A DNA stretch of 64,000 nucleotides from an uncultured Candidatus Actinomarina sp. (GTDB lineage Bacteria > Actinomycetota > Acidimicrobiia > Actinomarinales > Actinomarinaceae). Position 1 is the stretch's first letter; every line of letters starts with the position of its first letter. The position numbers were made by a program, and so were the translations under genes. The notes beneath the pieces were generated by a model. The model made no database searches and had not been told where the DNA came from. It was given only the letters and a program-made list of their open reading frames with translations. This document shows, in pieces, positions 47,441-57,428 of the stretch. The stretch is from contig CACAND010000001.1 of the NCBI GenBank assembly GCA_902533795.1, forward strand, positions 10,159-74,158, in the 5' to 3' direction.

Positions 47441-49447
47441 TTATTGTAATTCTTTTATGGCATTTACAACTTTTTGAACACTTGGAATAAATGCATCTTC
47501 AAGCACTGGTGCGAAAGGAATATGTGTATTTGGTGATGTTATTTTTATAATTGGATTGTCTAGATCCCAAAATCCTTTCTCAGCAATTAGAGATGATATT
47601 TCTGAAGCTACAGATGAGAAAGGGACATCTTCTTGTAAAATACATACATTTGACGTCTTCGCTACAGATTTCAATATAATTTCTTCATCTAATGGGACTA
47701 TCGTTCTTATGTCCACAATTTCAACTGAAATATCTTCTTTTTCAAGAATGTTTGCTGCTTCTTCAGCAACAGAAACCATTCCTGACCAGGTAACAATTGT
47801 TACATCCGAACCTTCTTTGACTATTCTACCTTTACCAATTTCCACTTCATATAACCCAATTGGAACATCCATTTTTAAGTCTGGTTTTCTATAAAGTTTT
47901 TTATGTTCAAGATACATAACAGGATTTGGATCATTAACAGCTGCAACAAGTAGCCCTTTTGCATCATATGGGTTTGATGGAGCAACAACTTTTATACCCG
48001 GATGGTGTGCAAGTAATGACTCTGGGCTAATTGAATGAAAAGGTCCCGAACGTGTACCAGCACCAGTTGGACCTCTCACAACCATTGGAACAGCTTTGCC
48101 AGCTTTCCAATGATATTTTGCTGCTTCAGTAGTTAATTGATCAAGTGCGGGATACACAAAATCATAAAATTGTAACTCAACAATTGGTTTTTGGCCAGCT
48201 AAAGCAGCTCCCACTGCCGCACCTGTGAAGCCACCTTCTGAAATTGCTGTGTCTATAACTCTAAATGGACCATATTTTTCAAAAAGCCCTTTTGTTGCTT
48301 TGAATGCCCCTTCGAAAACACCTACATCTTCTCCCATAATGAAAACACTTTCATCCTTTTTCATCAATTCATCTAGTCCATTATTTAAGGCTTCTATAAA
48401 GTTCATTGTTTGTAAATTATTTTCTTTATTTTCAATTACAGGGATAGTTCTCTTAGCGAACATATCATTTAATTCATCTTTTGGATCTGGCTCCTCTTGG
48501 GTTTTAGCCCACTCAAGAGTTTCCTTTATTTCAGTTTCTAAATCACTTTCTAATTGAATAAAATCATCCTCACTAAACAATCCTTCAGTTAAAAGGGAAT
48601 CTTCAAATCTTGCAATCGGGTCTCTTTTCATCCAGAAATCTCTTACTTCATCTTCAACATAATCTGCAGGATCATGACCAGCGTGTCCATAATGTCTAAA
48701 AGTAACTAATTCGATTAAGGTTGGACCTTTACCTTTTCTAGCATTTTCGCATGCCTCATGGATTGAATCAATAACGTCATAGATATCATTACCATCAATA
48801 ATTAATGACGGAATACCATAACCTGCTCCTCTATCTGCAACATTTGGTGTCCCAAACTCAGTTTCATTGGGTGATGAATAGGCAAATTGATTATTTTGAA
48901 CTGTAAAGACAACTGGTAAATTTAATACTCCAGCCATGTTTACACTTTCATGCCATGTGCCTGTCGCAGTAGCACCTTCTCCACAATTAGCTATAGCAAC
49001 CACTCCACTTCCCTGTTGTTGTGATGCAAGCGCCCAACCAACTGCAACTGGTGCTGAGTCAGGTAATGGAGATACAACCATCAAGGTCCCCTTGTCAACT
49101 ACACCAAAGTGACTATTACCATCTCGTCCTTTTGAAGGTCCGTCTTTTTTTCCAAAAAAATTAAGTGCAACTTCTTTTAGTGTTACCCCTTTCATTAATT
49201 GAACTCCAAGATCTCTATGAGTGCCGCCAAAAATATCTTTGTCATCCATTCCAGCACCAATACCAGCCATAGAGGCTTCTTGCCCTATACCTGGATATAC
49301 AGCTCCACTCAGTTGTCCCCCTTTATACATTTTTAATAATCTGTCTTCAAGAAGTCTTTGAGTTTTCATAGACTTATAAATTTCCCATAACTGCTCATTA
49401 GAAAGTTCTGATGAATATCCTTTTCTAACAATCTTTTCAATTTGCAT
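47441..49447 (-). CDS. 2-oxoacid dehydrogenase E1 component with fused alpha and beta subunits (TPP-dependent)
   Basis: 668 aa. The N-terminal half has the E1-alpha TPP-binding region (GEGATATGTWHESVNMA...). The C-terminal half is E1-beta-like (VFIMGEDVGVFEGAFKATKGL...FRVIDTAISEGGFTGAA). Confidence 0.8.
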   Translation of the reverse strand: MQIEKIVRKGYSSELSNEQLWEIYKSMKTQRLLEDRLLKMYKGGQLSGAVYPGIGQEASMAGIGAGMDDKDIFGGTHRDLGVQLMKGVTLKEVALNFFGKKDGPSKGRDGNSHFGVVDKGTLMVVSPLPDSAPVAVGWALASQQQGSGVVAIANCGEGATATGTWHESVNMAGVLNLPVVFTVQNNQFAYSSPNETEFGTPNVADRGAGYGIPSLIIDGNDIYDVIDSIHEACENARKGKGPTLIELVTFRHYGHAGHDPADYVEDEVRDFWMKRDPIARFEDSLLTEGLFSEDDFIQLESDLETEIKETLEWAKTQEEPDPKDELNDMFAKRTIPVIENKENNLQTMNFIEALNNGLDELMKKDESVFIMGEDVGVFEGAFKATKGLFEKYGPFRVIDTAISEGGFTGAAVGAALAGQKPIVELQFYDFVYPALDQLTTEAAKYHWKAGKAVPMVVRGPTGAGTRSGPFHSISPESLLAHHPGIKVVAPSNPYDAKGLLVAAVNDPNPVMYLEHKKLYRKPDLKMDVPIGLYEVEIGKGRIVKEGSDVTIVTWSGMVSVAEEAANILEKEDISVEIVDIRTIVPLDEEIILKSVAKTSNVCILQEDVPFSSVASEISSLIAEKGFWDLDNPIIKITSPNTHIPFAPVLEDAFIPSVQKVVNAIKELQ

Positions 49448-50811
49448 TAATGTAATCCTTTCCCAGTTAAGCCAAGTAACGATTCGCCAACTGCCTCGCT
49501 TAATGTTGGATGTGCATGAATAAATTCTGCTGCCTCTTCTGGCAAAGCTTCCCAGCCAACCATATACATTATTTCATGTATCATTTCTCCAGCTGAAGGA
49601 CCACATATACTTGCTCCAACTATTGGGCCTTCTTTTTCTGAATAAACTTTTACTAGTCCTTGATTTTGCTCAGTAATCATTGCTCTTCCAATGCCAGCAA
49701 AGCTATGTTGTGATTGATCAATTTCGATATCATTTAACTTTGCTTTTTCAACATTTAAACCAACCTCTGCGAGTTCCGGCCTTGTATAAACAACATATGG
49801 GATAGCATTGTAATCAAGTGGCTTCTTGTCACCAGTTGCAATAAATGTGACCGCAGAAATTGATTCTGCAAATGCTGCATGAGCTAATTGAGGTGTGTTA
49901 GCGACAATATCTCCTAAAGCAAAAATATTTTCTTCTGAAGTTTGAAACGTTTCTAGGTCAACATTTATAAAACCATTTTCAGTAACAATATTTACATTGT
50001 CCAATCCAATATTTTCAGTCAACGGTGATCTACCAATAGCAACCAAAACAGAATCATATTCTTTAGTTTCGTTATCTGAAAAACTAACTTGTTTGTCATC
50101 TATCTTTTCAATTGAAGTATTTAATTTAAATTCGACTCCTCGTTTTGAAAGCTGTTTTCTTAACTCACCAGATGTTCTTTTATCTAATCCTGGAAGGATC
50201 TCTTTGGCAATCTCTACAACTGTAACTTCTGAACCAAGATCATTAAGCAAGCTTGCAAATTCACAACCAATTGCACCGGCACCAACAATACAAACTCTTT
50301 TGGGTGGCTCTTCCCAATTAAGAGCAGTGTCTGATGTAACTATAAAGTTTTCATCTATTTTAATATCAGGCAGCTCTCTTGGTTTAGAGCCTGTAGCAAG
50401 GAGGATATAATCACTTTCTACTTTTTCAGTTGAGCCATCAGATTTATTTACTAAAACGGTATTTTTATTTTCAATGGAACCCCAGCCTTCAATAACTTTT
50501 ACTTTTTTACCCTTTAAAAGTGTCTTAATTCCAGAAACTAGTTTATCAATTACCTCAATTCTTTTTAATGAGGTTTTTTTCCAATCAATTGTTTTATTTT
50601 CAATATTTATTCCATAGTTGCTAGAGTTGGAAATTTCATGATTTATCTCAGCAACATGAAGCCAATATTTTGCAGGAATACAGCCACGATTTAAACAAGT
50701 CCCCCCTAAAACATCGGATTCAATTAAGGTAATTTCTAGATCAAAGTTGTGAGCATATAATGCTGCGGCATAACCAGCTGGGCCACCGCCAATAATTGTT
50801 AATTTTTTCAA
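49447..50811 (-). CDS. lpd: dihydrolipoyl dehydrogenase (E3)
   Basis: 454 aa. Redox-active disulfide GGTCLNRGCIPAK, FAD and NAD Rossmann motifs, C-terminal HAHPTLSE. Confidence 0.9.
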   Translation of the reverse strand: MKKLTIIGGGPAGYAAALYAHNFDLEITLIESDVLGGTCLNRGCIPAKYWLHVAEINHEISNSSNYGINIENKTIDWKKTSLKRIEVIDKLVSGIKTLLKGKKVKVIEGWGSIENKNTVLVNKSDGSTEKVESDYILLATGSKPRELPDIKIDENFIVTSDTALNWEEPPKRVCIVGAGAIGCEFASLLNDLGSEVTVVEIAKEILPGLDKRTSGELRKQLSKRGVEFKLNTSIEKIDDKQVSFSDNETKEYDSVLVAIGRSPLTENIGLDNVNIVTENGFINVDLETFQTSEENIFALGDIVANTPQLAHAAFAESISAVTFIATGDKKPLDYNAIPYVVYTRPELAEVGLNVEKAKLNDIEIDQSQHSFAGIGRAMITEQNQGLVKVYSEKEGPIVGASICGPSAGEMIHEIMYMVGWEALPEEAAEFIHAHPTLSEAVGESLLGLTGKGLH

Positions 50812-50975
50812 ATTACCTCTTTCAAGATAGGGTCGCTATCAAATCGAGATAATAACTGCAACACATTTAGGGGTTCCCTGTATGTATTGGTCAAAGTTAT
50901 TGTCATTATTAAATCTAATGGAAAAGATGCTTACATCCAACTCAGGATAACTCATTAATCAGATACAATATTGCT

Positions 50976-51062
50976 ATGCAAACAAGACATCTTATAATTG
51001 CTTCTTTAGTTACCGCAATTGTAATTGTTGTTGCATTTGGTGTTTGGGTCATGACTAATTAA
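50976..51062 (+). CDS. possible 28-aa single-TM micropeptide (MQTRHLIIASLVTAIVIVVAFGVWVMTN)
   Basis: Short ATG...TAA ORF in the 250-nt divergent intergenic region. It ends 1 nt before the MBL-fold gene start. No good SD is evident. Too short for the ORF track. Confidence 0.2.
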   Translation: MQTRHLIIASLVTAIVIVVAFGVWVMTN

Positions 51063-51063
51063 G

Positions 51064-52020
51064 TTGAAGAACTTTAATCTTGGTCATGGAATTTTACATT
51101 TTCCGTTAAAACTCCCCTGGAGTCCACCCGGATTTGTAAATATTTATCTTATTGAGGATAATGATGGCTACATCATGATTGACTGTGGTGTAAATGGAGA
51201 TAAATATTTTCATGATCTAAAAGTAAATTTAAACAATCTAAACATACAACTTTCAGATATTAAATTGCTAATTGGAACACATTTACATTCTGACCATGTC
51301 GGGCTTTCAACTGTTCTAAGAAATGAGGGAATAAAATTCGGCCTTTATAAAAACGCACCCGATTTTATTCCACGTTACAATGACTGGACATCTCGTTTTA
51401 AAGCAATAGGTGAATATGCTAAAAAACAAGGAGCACCAAAGGAGTTTTTAGACGATATGAACTCCATAACTACTCCAACTACAACTGGAAAAATTACACC
51501 CCCAGAAATATTATTTGATGAAGGAAAGATCAAGAATATAAATAGAGATATACAAGTTATATTTACACCTGGTCATGACATATCAGAAATTTCATTACTT
51601 GACGAGTCAAGTAAAATTATTTTTTCTGGTGATCATGTCCTTCCACGAATAACTCCATTCATCCCTCTTCATGATGAAGAAACTGATATGTTGTCTAACT
51701 ATGTAAATTCTTTAGAAAAAGTAAATAATATTGAACACGATAAAATTGCTCCCGGACATTTTGAAGTTATTGACAGTCCGCACAATAGAATTGAGCAAAT
51801 TCTTTTACATCATGAGAAAAGATCAAAAAAGATTATAGATATTTTATCAAATGGTTCTTTGACAGGATGGGAAGTAACACAAAGTTTGTTTTCTAGACCG
51901 CTTGATTCATGGAATTTACGTATGGCCTTTCAAGAAACAATGGCTCATTTGAAATATATAGAATCTCAAGGAATAATCAAACAAAACGGATCGAAAACAA
52001 TTACCTGGGAAGTTATTTAA
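51064..52020 (+). CDS. MBL-fold metallo-hydrolase
   Basis: 318 aa. HLHSDH (HxHxDH) metallo-beta-lactamase motif and later His/Asp ligands. Confidence 0.7.
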   Translation: MKNFNLGHGILHFPLKLPWSPPGFVNIYLIEDNDGYIMIDCGVNGDKYFHDLKVNLNNLNIQLSDIKLLIGTHLHSDHVGLSTVLRNEGIKFGLYKNAPDFIPRYNDWTSRFKAIGEYAKKQGAPKEFLDDMNSITTPTTTGKITPPEILFDEGKIKNINRDIQVIFTPGHDISEISLLDESSKIIFSGDHVLPRITPFIPLHDEETDMLSNYVNSLEKVNNIEHDKIAPGHFEVIDSPHNRIEQILLHHEKRSKKIIDILSNGSLTGWEVTQSLFSRPLDSWNLRMAFQETMAHLKYIESQGIIKQNGSKTITWEVI

Positions 52021-52219
52021 AAAGTCTATAACTTCTATTCTTTGCTTCTTCTAGAGAATCAGGAGCAAATGATTGTAACTGATTATTTTTAATCAATTGC
52101 TTTTCATCTTCTAATGATTGTAGAGTTTTAAAATGATCTTCATTGTCGCAATCATAGACTTTCATATTTTTGCGATAACCAATGAATCTATAATTCTCAA
52201 ATTTAGATAGTCTTGGCAA
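52013..52219 (-). CDS. hypothetical small protein
   Basis: 68 aa. Co-oriented 2 nt downstream of the acyl-CoA dehydrogenase gene. No motifs. Confidence 0.25.
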   Translation of the reverse strand: MPRLSKFENYRFIGYRKNMKVYDCDNEDHFKTLQSLEDEKQLIKNNQLQSFAPDSLEEAKNRSYRLFK

Positions 52220-52221
52220 TT

Positions 52222-53343
52222 TTATAAACTAAGAAGTCTAGCAACATCATCTCTGGCAGATTTTGATGTGCCAAAAATTAAAGAGTCCGACTTTGCCTTC
52301 TTGAAGTAGAGATGTGCTGGATGTTCCCAAGTGAATCCTATACCTCCATGAACTTGAATTGTATCCCCAGCAACTTTATTAAAAACTTCAGAGCAATATG
52401 CTTTAGCCATTGAGGAGCTCATCTCAAGTTCTATTGGATCGTCAATATCAACTCTCACAGAACTGTAAGCTATTGATTTAGCACTTTCGATCTGTAAAAC
52501 CATGTCTGCGCACATGTGTTGAATAGCCTGGAATGAGCCAATAGGTCTTCCAAACTGTATTCTTTCTTTCGCATATTCTGTAGACATATCCAAGCATGCT
52601 TGAGCACCACCAACTTGTTCCATTGATAGAAATGATAGGGATATATGTTTTACTTTATTCCATAAATTGTTGTCTTCATTTATGTCAAACATAAAATTAT
52701 CTTTAGTTATTTCTACATCTTGAAAATTGATTTCTGTCATTGGTCTGGATTGGTCTAAAGAAGTTGTTTCCTTTATTAAAATACCGGGAGTTTCTTTTTC
52801 AACTAACAAAAATTTAAATCCATCAGTCCCTTTTGCAAGAACAGCAATTAAATCTGATGAGTCTCCAAACATAACGTAGCTTTTATTTCCATTCAACAAA
52901 TAACCCTTCTCACTTGTTTCGAATGTAGTCTCAATATTTTGGTCATCAATTTCATACTTGTCATTTTCATAGATCGCATAAGTTCCAATTTTTGATCCGG
53001 TTATTATATCTTGTAGATATTTTGTTTTTAAGTCATCCTCGGAATGAAGTAACAGCTGTTTGAAAACTACTCCGGAACTAAAAAATGGAACTATTGGCAT
53101 ATAATAACCAAATACTTCAGACAGAATTGAAGAGTCGATTTGTGAAAATCCCAATCCGCCATCTTGTTCAGGTACATCAAGGCCTAACCAACCTTGCTCA
53201 TTAATAAGCTGCCATAAATCAGTATCAATTCTTGTATTGTCATCAAACTTCTTAATCAGTTCAAGTAAATCTACTTTTTCAGATAACAACTTAGTAGCAT
53301 TTTCTTTAATTTCGTTTTGTAAATCTGTAAGACTAAATTGCAT
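52222..53343 (-). CDS. acyl-CoA dehydrogenase family protein
   Basis: 373 aa. C-terminal QVHGGIGFTWEHPAHLYFKKAKS is typical of the ACAD C-terminal helical domain. Confidence 0.65.
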   Translation of the reverse strand: MQFSLTDLQNEIKENATKLLSEKVDLLELIKKFDDNTRIDTDLWQLINEQGWLGLDVPEQDGGLGFSQIDSSILSEVFGYYMPIVPFFSSGVVFKQLLLHSEDDLKTKYLQDIITGSKIGTYAIYENDKYEIDDQNIETTFETSEKGYLLNGNKSYVMFGDSSDLIAVLAKGTDGFKFLLVEKETPGILIKETTSLDQSRPMTEINFQDVEITKDNFMFDINEDNNLWNKVKHISLSFLSMEQVGGAQACLDMSTEYAKERIQFGRPIGSFQAIQHMCADMVLQIESAKSIAYSSVRVDIDDPIELEMSSSMAKAYCSEVFNKVAGDTIQVHGGIGFTWEHPAHLYFKKAKSDSLIFGTSKSARDDVARLLSL

Positions 53344-53418
53344 TACTTTATTCTAATTTTGTTTTCAAATTTGACTAATCAAATGTCATTTGTTTTTTAA
53401 TAGAATTAATATGGATAT

Positions 53419-54144
53419 GTGTTAAAAATTGAAAATTTACATGCATCTGTTGAATCAACTTCAATAATTAAGGGAGTTAACTTAGAAATAAACCCAGGGG
53501 AAGTTCATGCAATTATGGGACCAAATGGTTCTGGAAAATCAACACTTGCAAACGTCTTAATGGGTAATCCAGTTTATGAAATTACAGAGGGAAAAATTAC
53601 ATTTATTGGAGAAGATATCACTGAAGAACCGGTAGATAATCGTGCAAAGAAAGGAATGTTTCTTGCTTTTCAATATCCAGAGTCAATACCTGGTGTGACA
53701 ATTGTAAATATGCTCAAAACTGCTCTTACCAATATCGAAGAAACTGAATATACCACTGTGGAACTTAGACTAAAAGTTGCAGAGGCAATGAAAGACTTAG
53801 GTCTTTCACCAGATTTTGTTGATAGATATTTAAATGATGGTTTCTCAGGAGGAGAACGAAAAAGAAATGAAATTCTACAACTTGCAGTTTTAAACCCTAA
53901 ACTTGCAATTCTAGACGAAACTGATTCAGGGCTTGATGTTGATGGTTTAAGAATTGTAGGAGAAGGAATTAGTAATTTAAGAACGCCAGATCGTGGTTAC
54001 CTTGTAGTAACTCATTACCAGAGATTATTGGAATATGTTAAACCAGATTACGTTCATGTATTTGTAGATGGAAATATTGTAGAAACTGGTGGCACAGAGT
54101 TATCTGATAAGCTAGAAAAAGAAGGGTACGAATCTTACCAATGA
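53419..54144 (+). CDS. sufC: Fe-S cluster assembly ATPase SufC
   Basis: 241 aa. GPNGSGKST Walker A, signature-like FSGGERKRNEILQ, D-loop/Walker B LAILDETDSGLD. Confidence 0.9.
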   Translation: MLKIENLHASVESTSIIKGVNLEINPGEVHAIMGPNGSGKSTLANVLMGNPVYEITEGKITFIGEDITEEPVDNRAKKGMFLAFQYPESIPGVTIVNMLKTALTNIEETEYTTVELRLKVAEAMKDLGLSPDFVDRYLNDGFSGGERKRNEILQLAVLNPKLAILDETDSGLDVDGLRIVGEGISNLRTPDRGYLVVTHYQRLLEYVKPDYVHVFVDGNIVETGGTELSDKLEKEGYESYQ

Positions 54145-55364
54145 GCAAATTTAAAAATATCAAAAAAGATTTTCCAATATTTGAGAGAGATATCAATGGT
54201 AATAAATTAACCTACTTGGATTCAGGAGCAACCTCACAAAAACCAAACTCTGTAATTGATAAAATGACTGAGATCTATAAATTTAATAATGCAAACGTAC
54301 ACAGAGGTACTTATGTTCTTTCAGCTGAAACGACTCAAGAATATGAGTCTGTACGAACTAAATTTCAATCTTTTTTAAATGCTTCTGAATCGGATGAGAT
54401 AATTTTTACAAAAGGTACAACCGAGGCTCTCAATTTTTTAGCTAACTCAATAGCAAATAAGTTTATGGGTGAAGGTGATGAAATTATTTTGTCAGAGATT
54501 GAACATCATGCGAATATTATTCCTTGGCAAATGGTGGCTGAAAAATATAAATTAAGCATTAAGTATGTAAAAGTAAACGAAGACTTTTCTTTAGATCTTG
54601 ATGATTTATCCTCCAAACTTTCTTCAAAAACAAAAGTCGTTTCAATTGTCGGTGAATCAAACCTATCGGGAATGCTTCCTGATATTAAAGAGATAAATAA
54701 TCTAGTAAGAGCAAACTCTGAAGCTTTATTAATTATTGATGGTGCACAGTTGGTTCCTCATAGAAAAGTTGATGTCCAGGATTTGGGAATTGATTTCCTA
54801 GTGTTCTCTGGACATAAGATGCTGGGTCCAACTGGTATAGGTGTAGTTTGGGGTAAAAAAGAACTTCTAAATTCTCTTGACCCTGTTTACGGTGGTGGCG
54901 ATATGATTGAAGAAGTTCATTATGATAAAGCCACTTGGGCACCAGTTCCTCATAAATTTGAGGCAGGGACTCCCCCTTATGTTGAAGCAATTGGTCTTGG
55001 AGCAGCCGTAGATTATTTACAAGATCTTGGGATGTCTGAAGTTGAAAAACATTCAGATGAATTGCGTGAATATGGTAGGAAAGTTCTTCTAGATATTGAT
55101 GGTGTAAATGTTATCCATTCTCAAGAAACTATTGCAGGATGTACTTTTGGGATGTATGTAGATGGTGTTCATGCGGCAGATCTTTCTTTAATGCTGGATA
55201 CACATGGGGTCGCTGTAAGAGCAGGTCATCATTGTGTACAACCATTTCATAGAAAATTAGGTATCGATGCAACAATTAGATCGACAGCTTACATTTATAA
55301 CGATAAAGAAGATATTGATACATTAAAGTCAGCACTTATATCAAGTGTCGAAATGCTGAGATAA
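54141..55364 (+). CDS. sufS: cysteine desulfurase SufS (class II)
   Basis: 407 aa. PLP-lysine region FLVFSGHKMLGPTGIG and the SufS-type active-site Cys loop RAGHHCVQP. Confidence 0.9.
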   Translation: MSKFKNIKKDFPIFERDINGNKLTYLDSGATSQKPNSVIDKMTEIYKFNNANVHRGTYVLSAETTQEYESVRTKFQSFLNASESDEIIFTKGTTEALNFLANSIANKFMGEGDEIILSEIEHHANIIPWQMVAEKYKLSIKYVKVNEDFSLDLDDLSSKLSSKTKVVSIVGESNLSGMLPDIKEINNLVRANSEALLIIDGAQLVPHRKVDVQDLGIDFLVFSGHKMLGPTGIGVVWGKKELLNSLDPVYGGGDMIEEVHYDKATWAPVPHKFEAGTPPYVEAIGLGAAVDYLQDLGMSEVEKHSDELREYGRKVLLDIDGVNVIHSQETIAGCTFGMYVDGVHAADLSLMLDTHGVAVRAGHHCVQPFHRKLGIDATIRSTAYIYNDKEDIDTLKSALISSVEMLR

Positions 55365-55366
55365 AA

Positions 55367-55780
55367 ATGTCTATAAGAGAAAAAGTCGATGAGTACAAAA
55401 AAATACTTGATATATTCCCTAACGATCAGGAGAAGTATCAATATTTAATTGAGAAAGCTAAAGAAAATGACTCATTTCCTTCAGAACTAAGATTAGATAA
55501 TTTCAAAGTAAATGGTTGTCAAAGTCAAGTTTGGCTTGTCCCTGAAGAAAAAGATGAAAAACTTTTCTTTAATAGTGATTCAGACGCTCTCATTGCAAAA
55601 GGATTAGTTACTTTGATTGCATCTATTTATTCGGACGAAAAGGCTGAAGATATCGTTTCAAATGAAATAGATTTAATGGAAGAGTTTGAATTAGGTGTGA
55701 TTTTAAGCCCTGCTCGAAGAAACGGTGCTTATAGTATGCTCAAAACAATTAAAGAATACGCAAAAAAACTAATTACTTAG
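55367..55780 (+). CDS. sufE: cysteine desulfuration sulfur-acceptor protein SufE
   Basis: 137 aa. Conserved SufE Cys motif VNGCQSQVWL. Confidence 0.75.
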   Translation: MSIREKVDEYKKILDIFPNDQEKYQYLIEKAKENDSFPSELRLDNFKVNGCQSQVWLVPEEKDEKLFFNSDSDALIAKGLVTLIASIYSDEKAEDIVSNEIDLMEEFELGVILSPARRNGAYSMLKTIKEYAKKLIT

Positions 55781-56258
55781 CTTTTTCTTCCCACCAGGAC
55801 TCGTGAGGGAAATCAATCCAAACATCTGCTGTATCTTTTGCTAGATCTCGTATAAAGTAATGTGGTTTGAATTCACATTCGTTGTTCCACCATAGTGAAG
55901 CAAATCTAACGTCACACTCAAAATTTATATTTTCTCTTATATATTCTGATAAACGTATAAATGTCTCACCACTATCACAAATATCATCGACAATTAAGAT
56001 TTTTTCATCTTTTGGTTTTGGAAGATAGTTTTCCCAATGTGGGAAATCCCTTGTTGAGGCGTGAACTGGCTTAAATGGAATTTCTAATTTATGTGAAATC
56101 ATAACACCAGGAATTAACCCACCTCGACTGATACCAACAACAACATCAGGTATAAACTCATCAGCCTCCAACTGATCACACATTTTATTTGTGTCATCAA
56201 ATTGTTCGTCCCAGGTATAAAAAAGTTTTTCCATAATAGTAAGTGCTAATTCTATCAA
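55773..56258 (-). CDS. gpt: xanthine-guanine phosphoribosyltransferase-like PRTase
   Basis: 161 aa. FYTWDEQ...VVVGISRGGLIPGVMIS and the PRPP-binding ILIVDDICDSGETF resemble Gpt. Confidence 0.65.
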   Translation of the reverse strand: MIELALTIMEKLFYTWDEQFDDTNKMCDQLEADEFIPDVVVGISRGGLIPGVMISHKLEIPFKPVHASTRDFPHWENYLPKPKDEKILIVDDICDSGETFIRLSEYIRENINFECDVRFASLWWNNECEFKPHYFIRDLAKDTADVWIDFPHESWWEEKAK

Positions 56259-56362
56259 AATTTTTTACCATGGAGTTCTTTTATATCATAAAAAAATAAA
56301 ACTAAATGAAATGTTCTAAATAACTCAGTGTCTATACTTGAAAATATGAAAAGGAGGTAAGG

Positions 56363-57370
56363 ATGCGCAGAAGTTGGGCAGTAGGCCTAATTATTATCAG
56401 TATTCTTACTATGGCCTGCGGTGGAGCCGCAGACGTAGATGATTACAAAGCTGCATTTGTGTATGTAGGACCAGCTGACGATGGTGGATGGTCACAAGCA
56501 CATGATGTAGGTCGACAATTCTTGGTAGATGAAACTGGAATCGAAACAGCTTATACAGAGCTTATTCCAGAAGATGCTACTGAGTTCAGAACAGTTGCAG
56601 AAGCTTATATTGAACAAGGATACAATATTATTTTTGGAACAACCTTTGGCTACATTGATGCAATGGCAGAAATGGCGGAGGAATATCCAGATGTAATATT
56701 CTTACATTGTTCAGGATATTTAAGTAATGACAGTAACTTTGGAAACTATTTTGGAAAAATGTATCAACCAAGATATCTTTCAGGATTGGCTGCAGGAGCA
56801 ATGACAGAATCAAACAAAATTGGTTATGTAGCTGCTTTTCCAATTCCAGAAGTTATTAGAGGAATCAATGCTTTTGCTACAGGTGTAAAAGAAGTAAATC
56901 CTGATGCAACAGTTGAAGTTGTTTGGACATTCACATGGTTTGGTCCTGAAGAAGAAACTCAGGCAGCAAACGCTCTTATTGAAACAGGAGTAGATGTTTT
57001 AGCTCAACACCAAGACTCACCTTCAACAGGTGTAGTTGCAGAAGCAAATGGAGCTAAGTGGATTTCATATAACACTTCTTATGGTCAAGAAGCTGCACCA
57101 GGTGCATTTGTTACAGCTCCCGTTTGGGCATGGGGTCCGTATTATGTTGATGTTGTAAATACAATTATCGAAGGAGATTTTGCTGGCGGTGCATATTGGG
57201 GCGGTATGGAAACAGGATTAGTTTCCTTATATGATTTAAGCTCTGATGTTCCATCTGACATTGCTGATTTAATTTCAGAAAAAACAGATGAAATCATTGC
57301 AGGTGATTTTGATCCTCCAATAATTGAGGAAGAATTCATCGACAACGTTATTGGTACAGTTAGCCCATAA
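56363..57370 (+). CDS. BMP-family (basic membrane protein) ABC substrate-binding lipoprotein, nucleoside-binding type
   Basis: 335 aa. Signal peptide ending ...LTMACGG. BMP/PnrA-like signature. AAGGAGG RBS upstream. Confidence 0.8.
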   Translation: MRRSWAVGLIIISILTMACGGAADVDDYKAAFVYVGPADDGGWSQAHDVGRQFLVDETGIETAYTELIPEDATEFRTVAEAYIEQGYNIIFGTTFGYIDAMAEMAEEYPDVIFLHCSGYLSNDSNFGNYFGKMYQPRYLSGLAAGAMTESNKIGYVAAFPIPEVIRGINAFATGVKEVNPDATVEVVWTFTWFGPEEETQAANALIETGVDVLAQHQDSPSTGVVAEANGAKWISYNTSYGQEAAPGAFVTAPVWAWGPYYVDVVNTIIEGDFAGGAYWGGMETGLVSLYDLSSDVPSDIADLISEKTDEIIAGDFDPPIIEEEFIDNVIGTVSP

Positions 57371-57381
57371 CAATTATTTTT

Positions 57382-57414
57382 AAAACACTCCAGCTTTGAT
57401 GCTGGAGTGTTTTT
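57382..57414 (+). terminator. intrinsic terminator/attenuator hairpin between the substrate-binding gene and the ABC ATPase gene
   Basis: Perfect inverted repeat AAAACACTCCAGC-TTTGAT-GCTGGAGTGTTTT followed by a T-run, 12 nt after the stop codon. Confidence 0.6.
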
Positions 57415-57428
57415 ACTATCATTAATAA

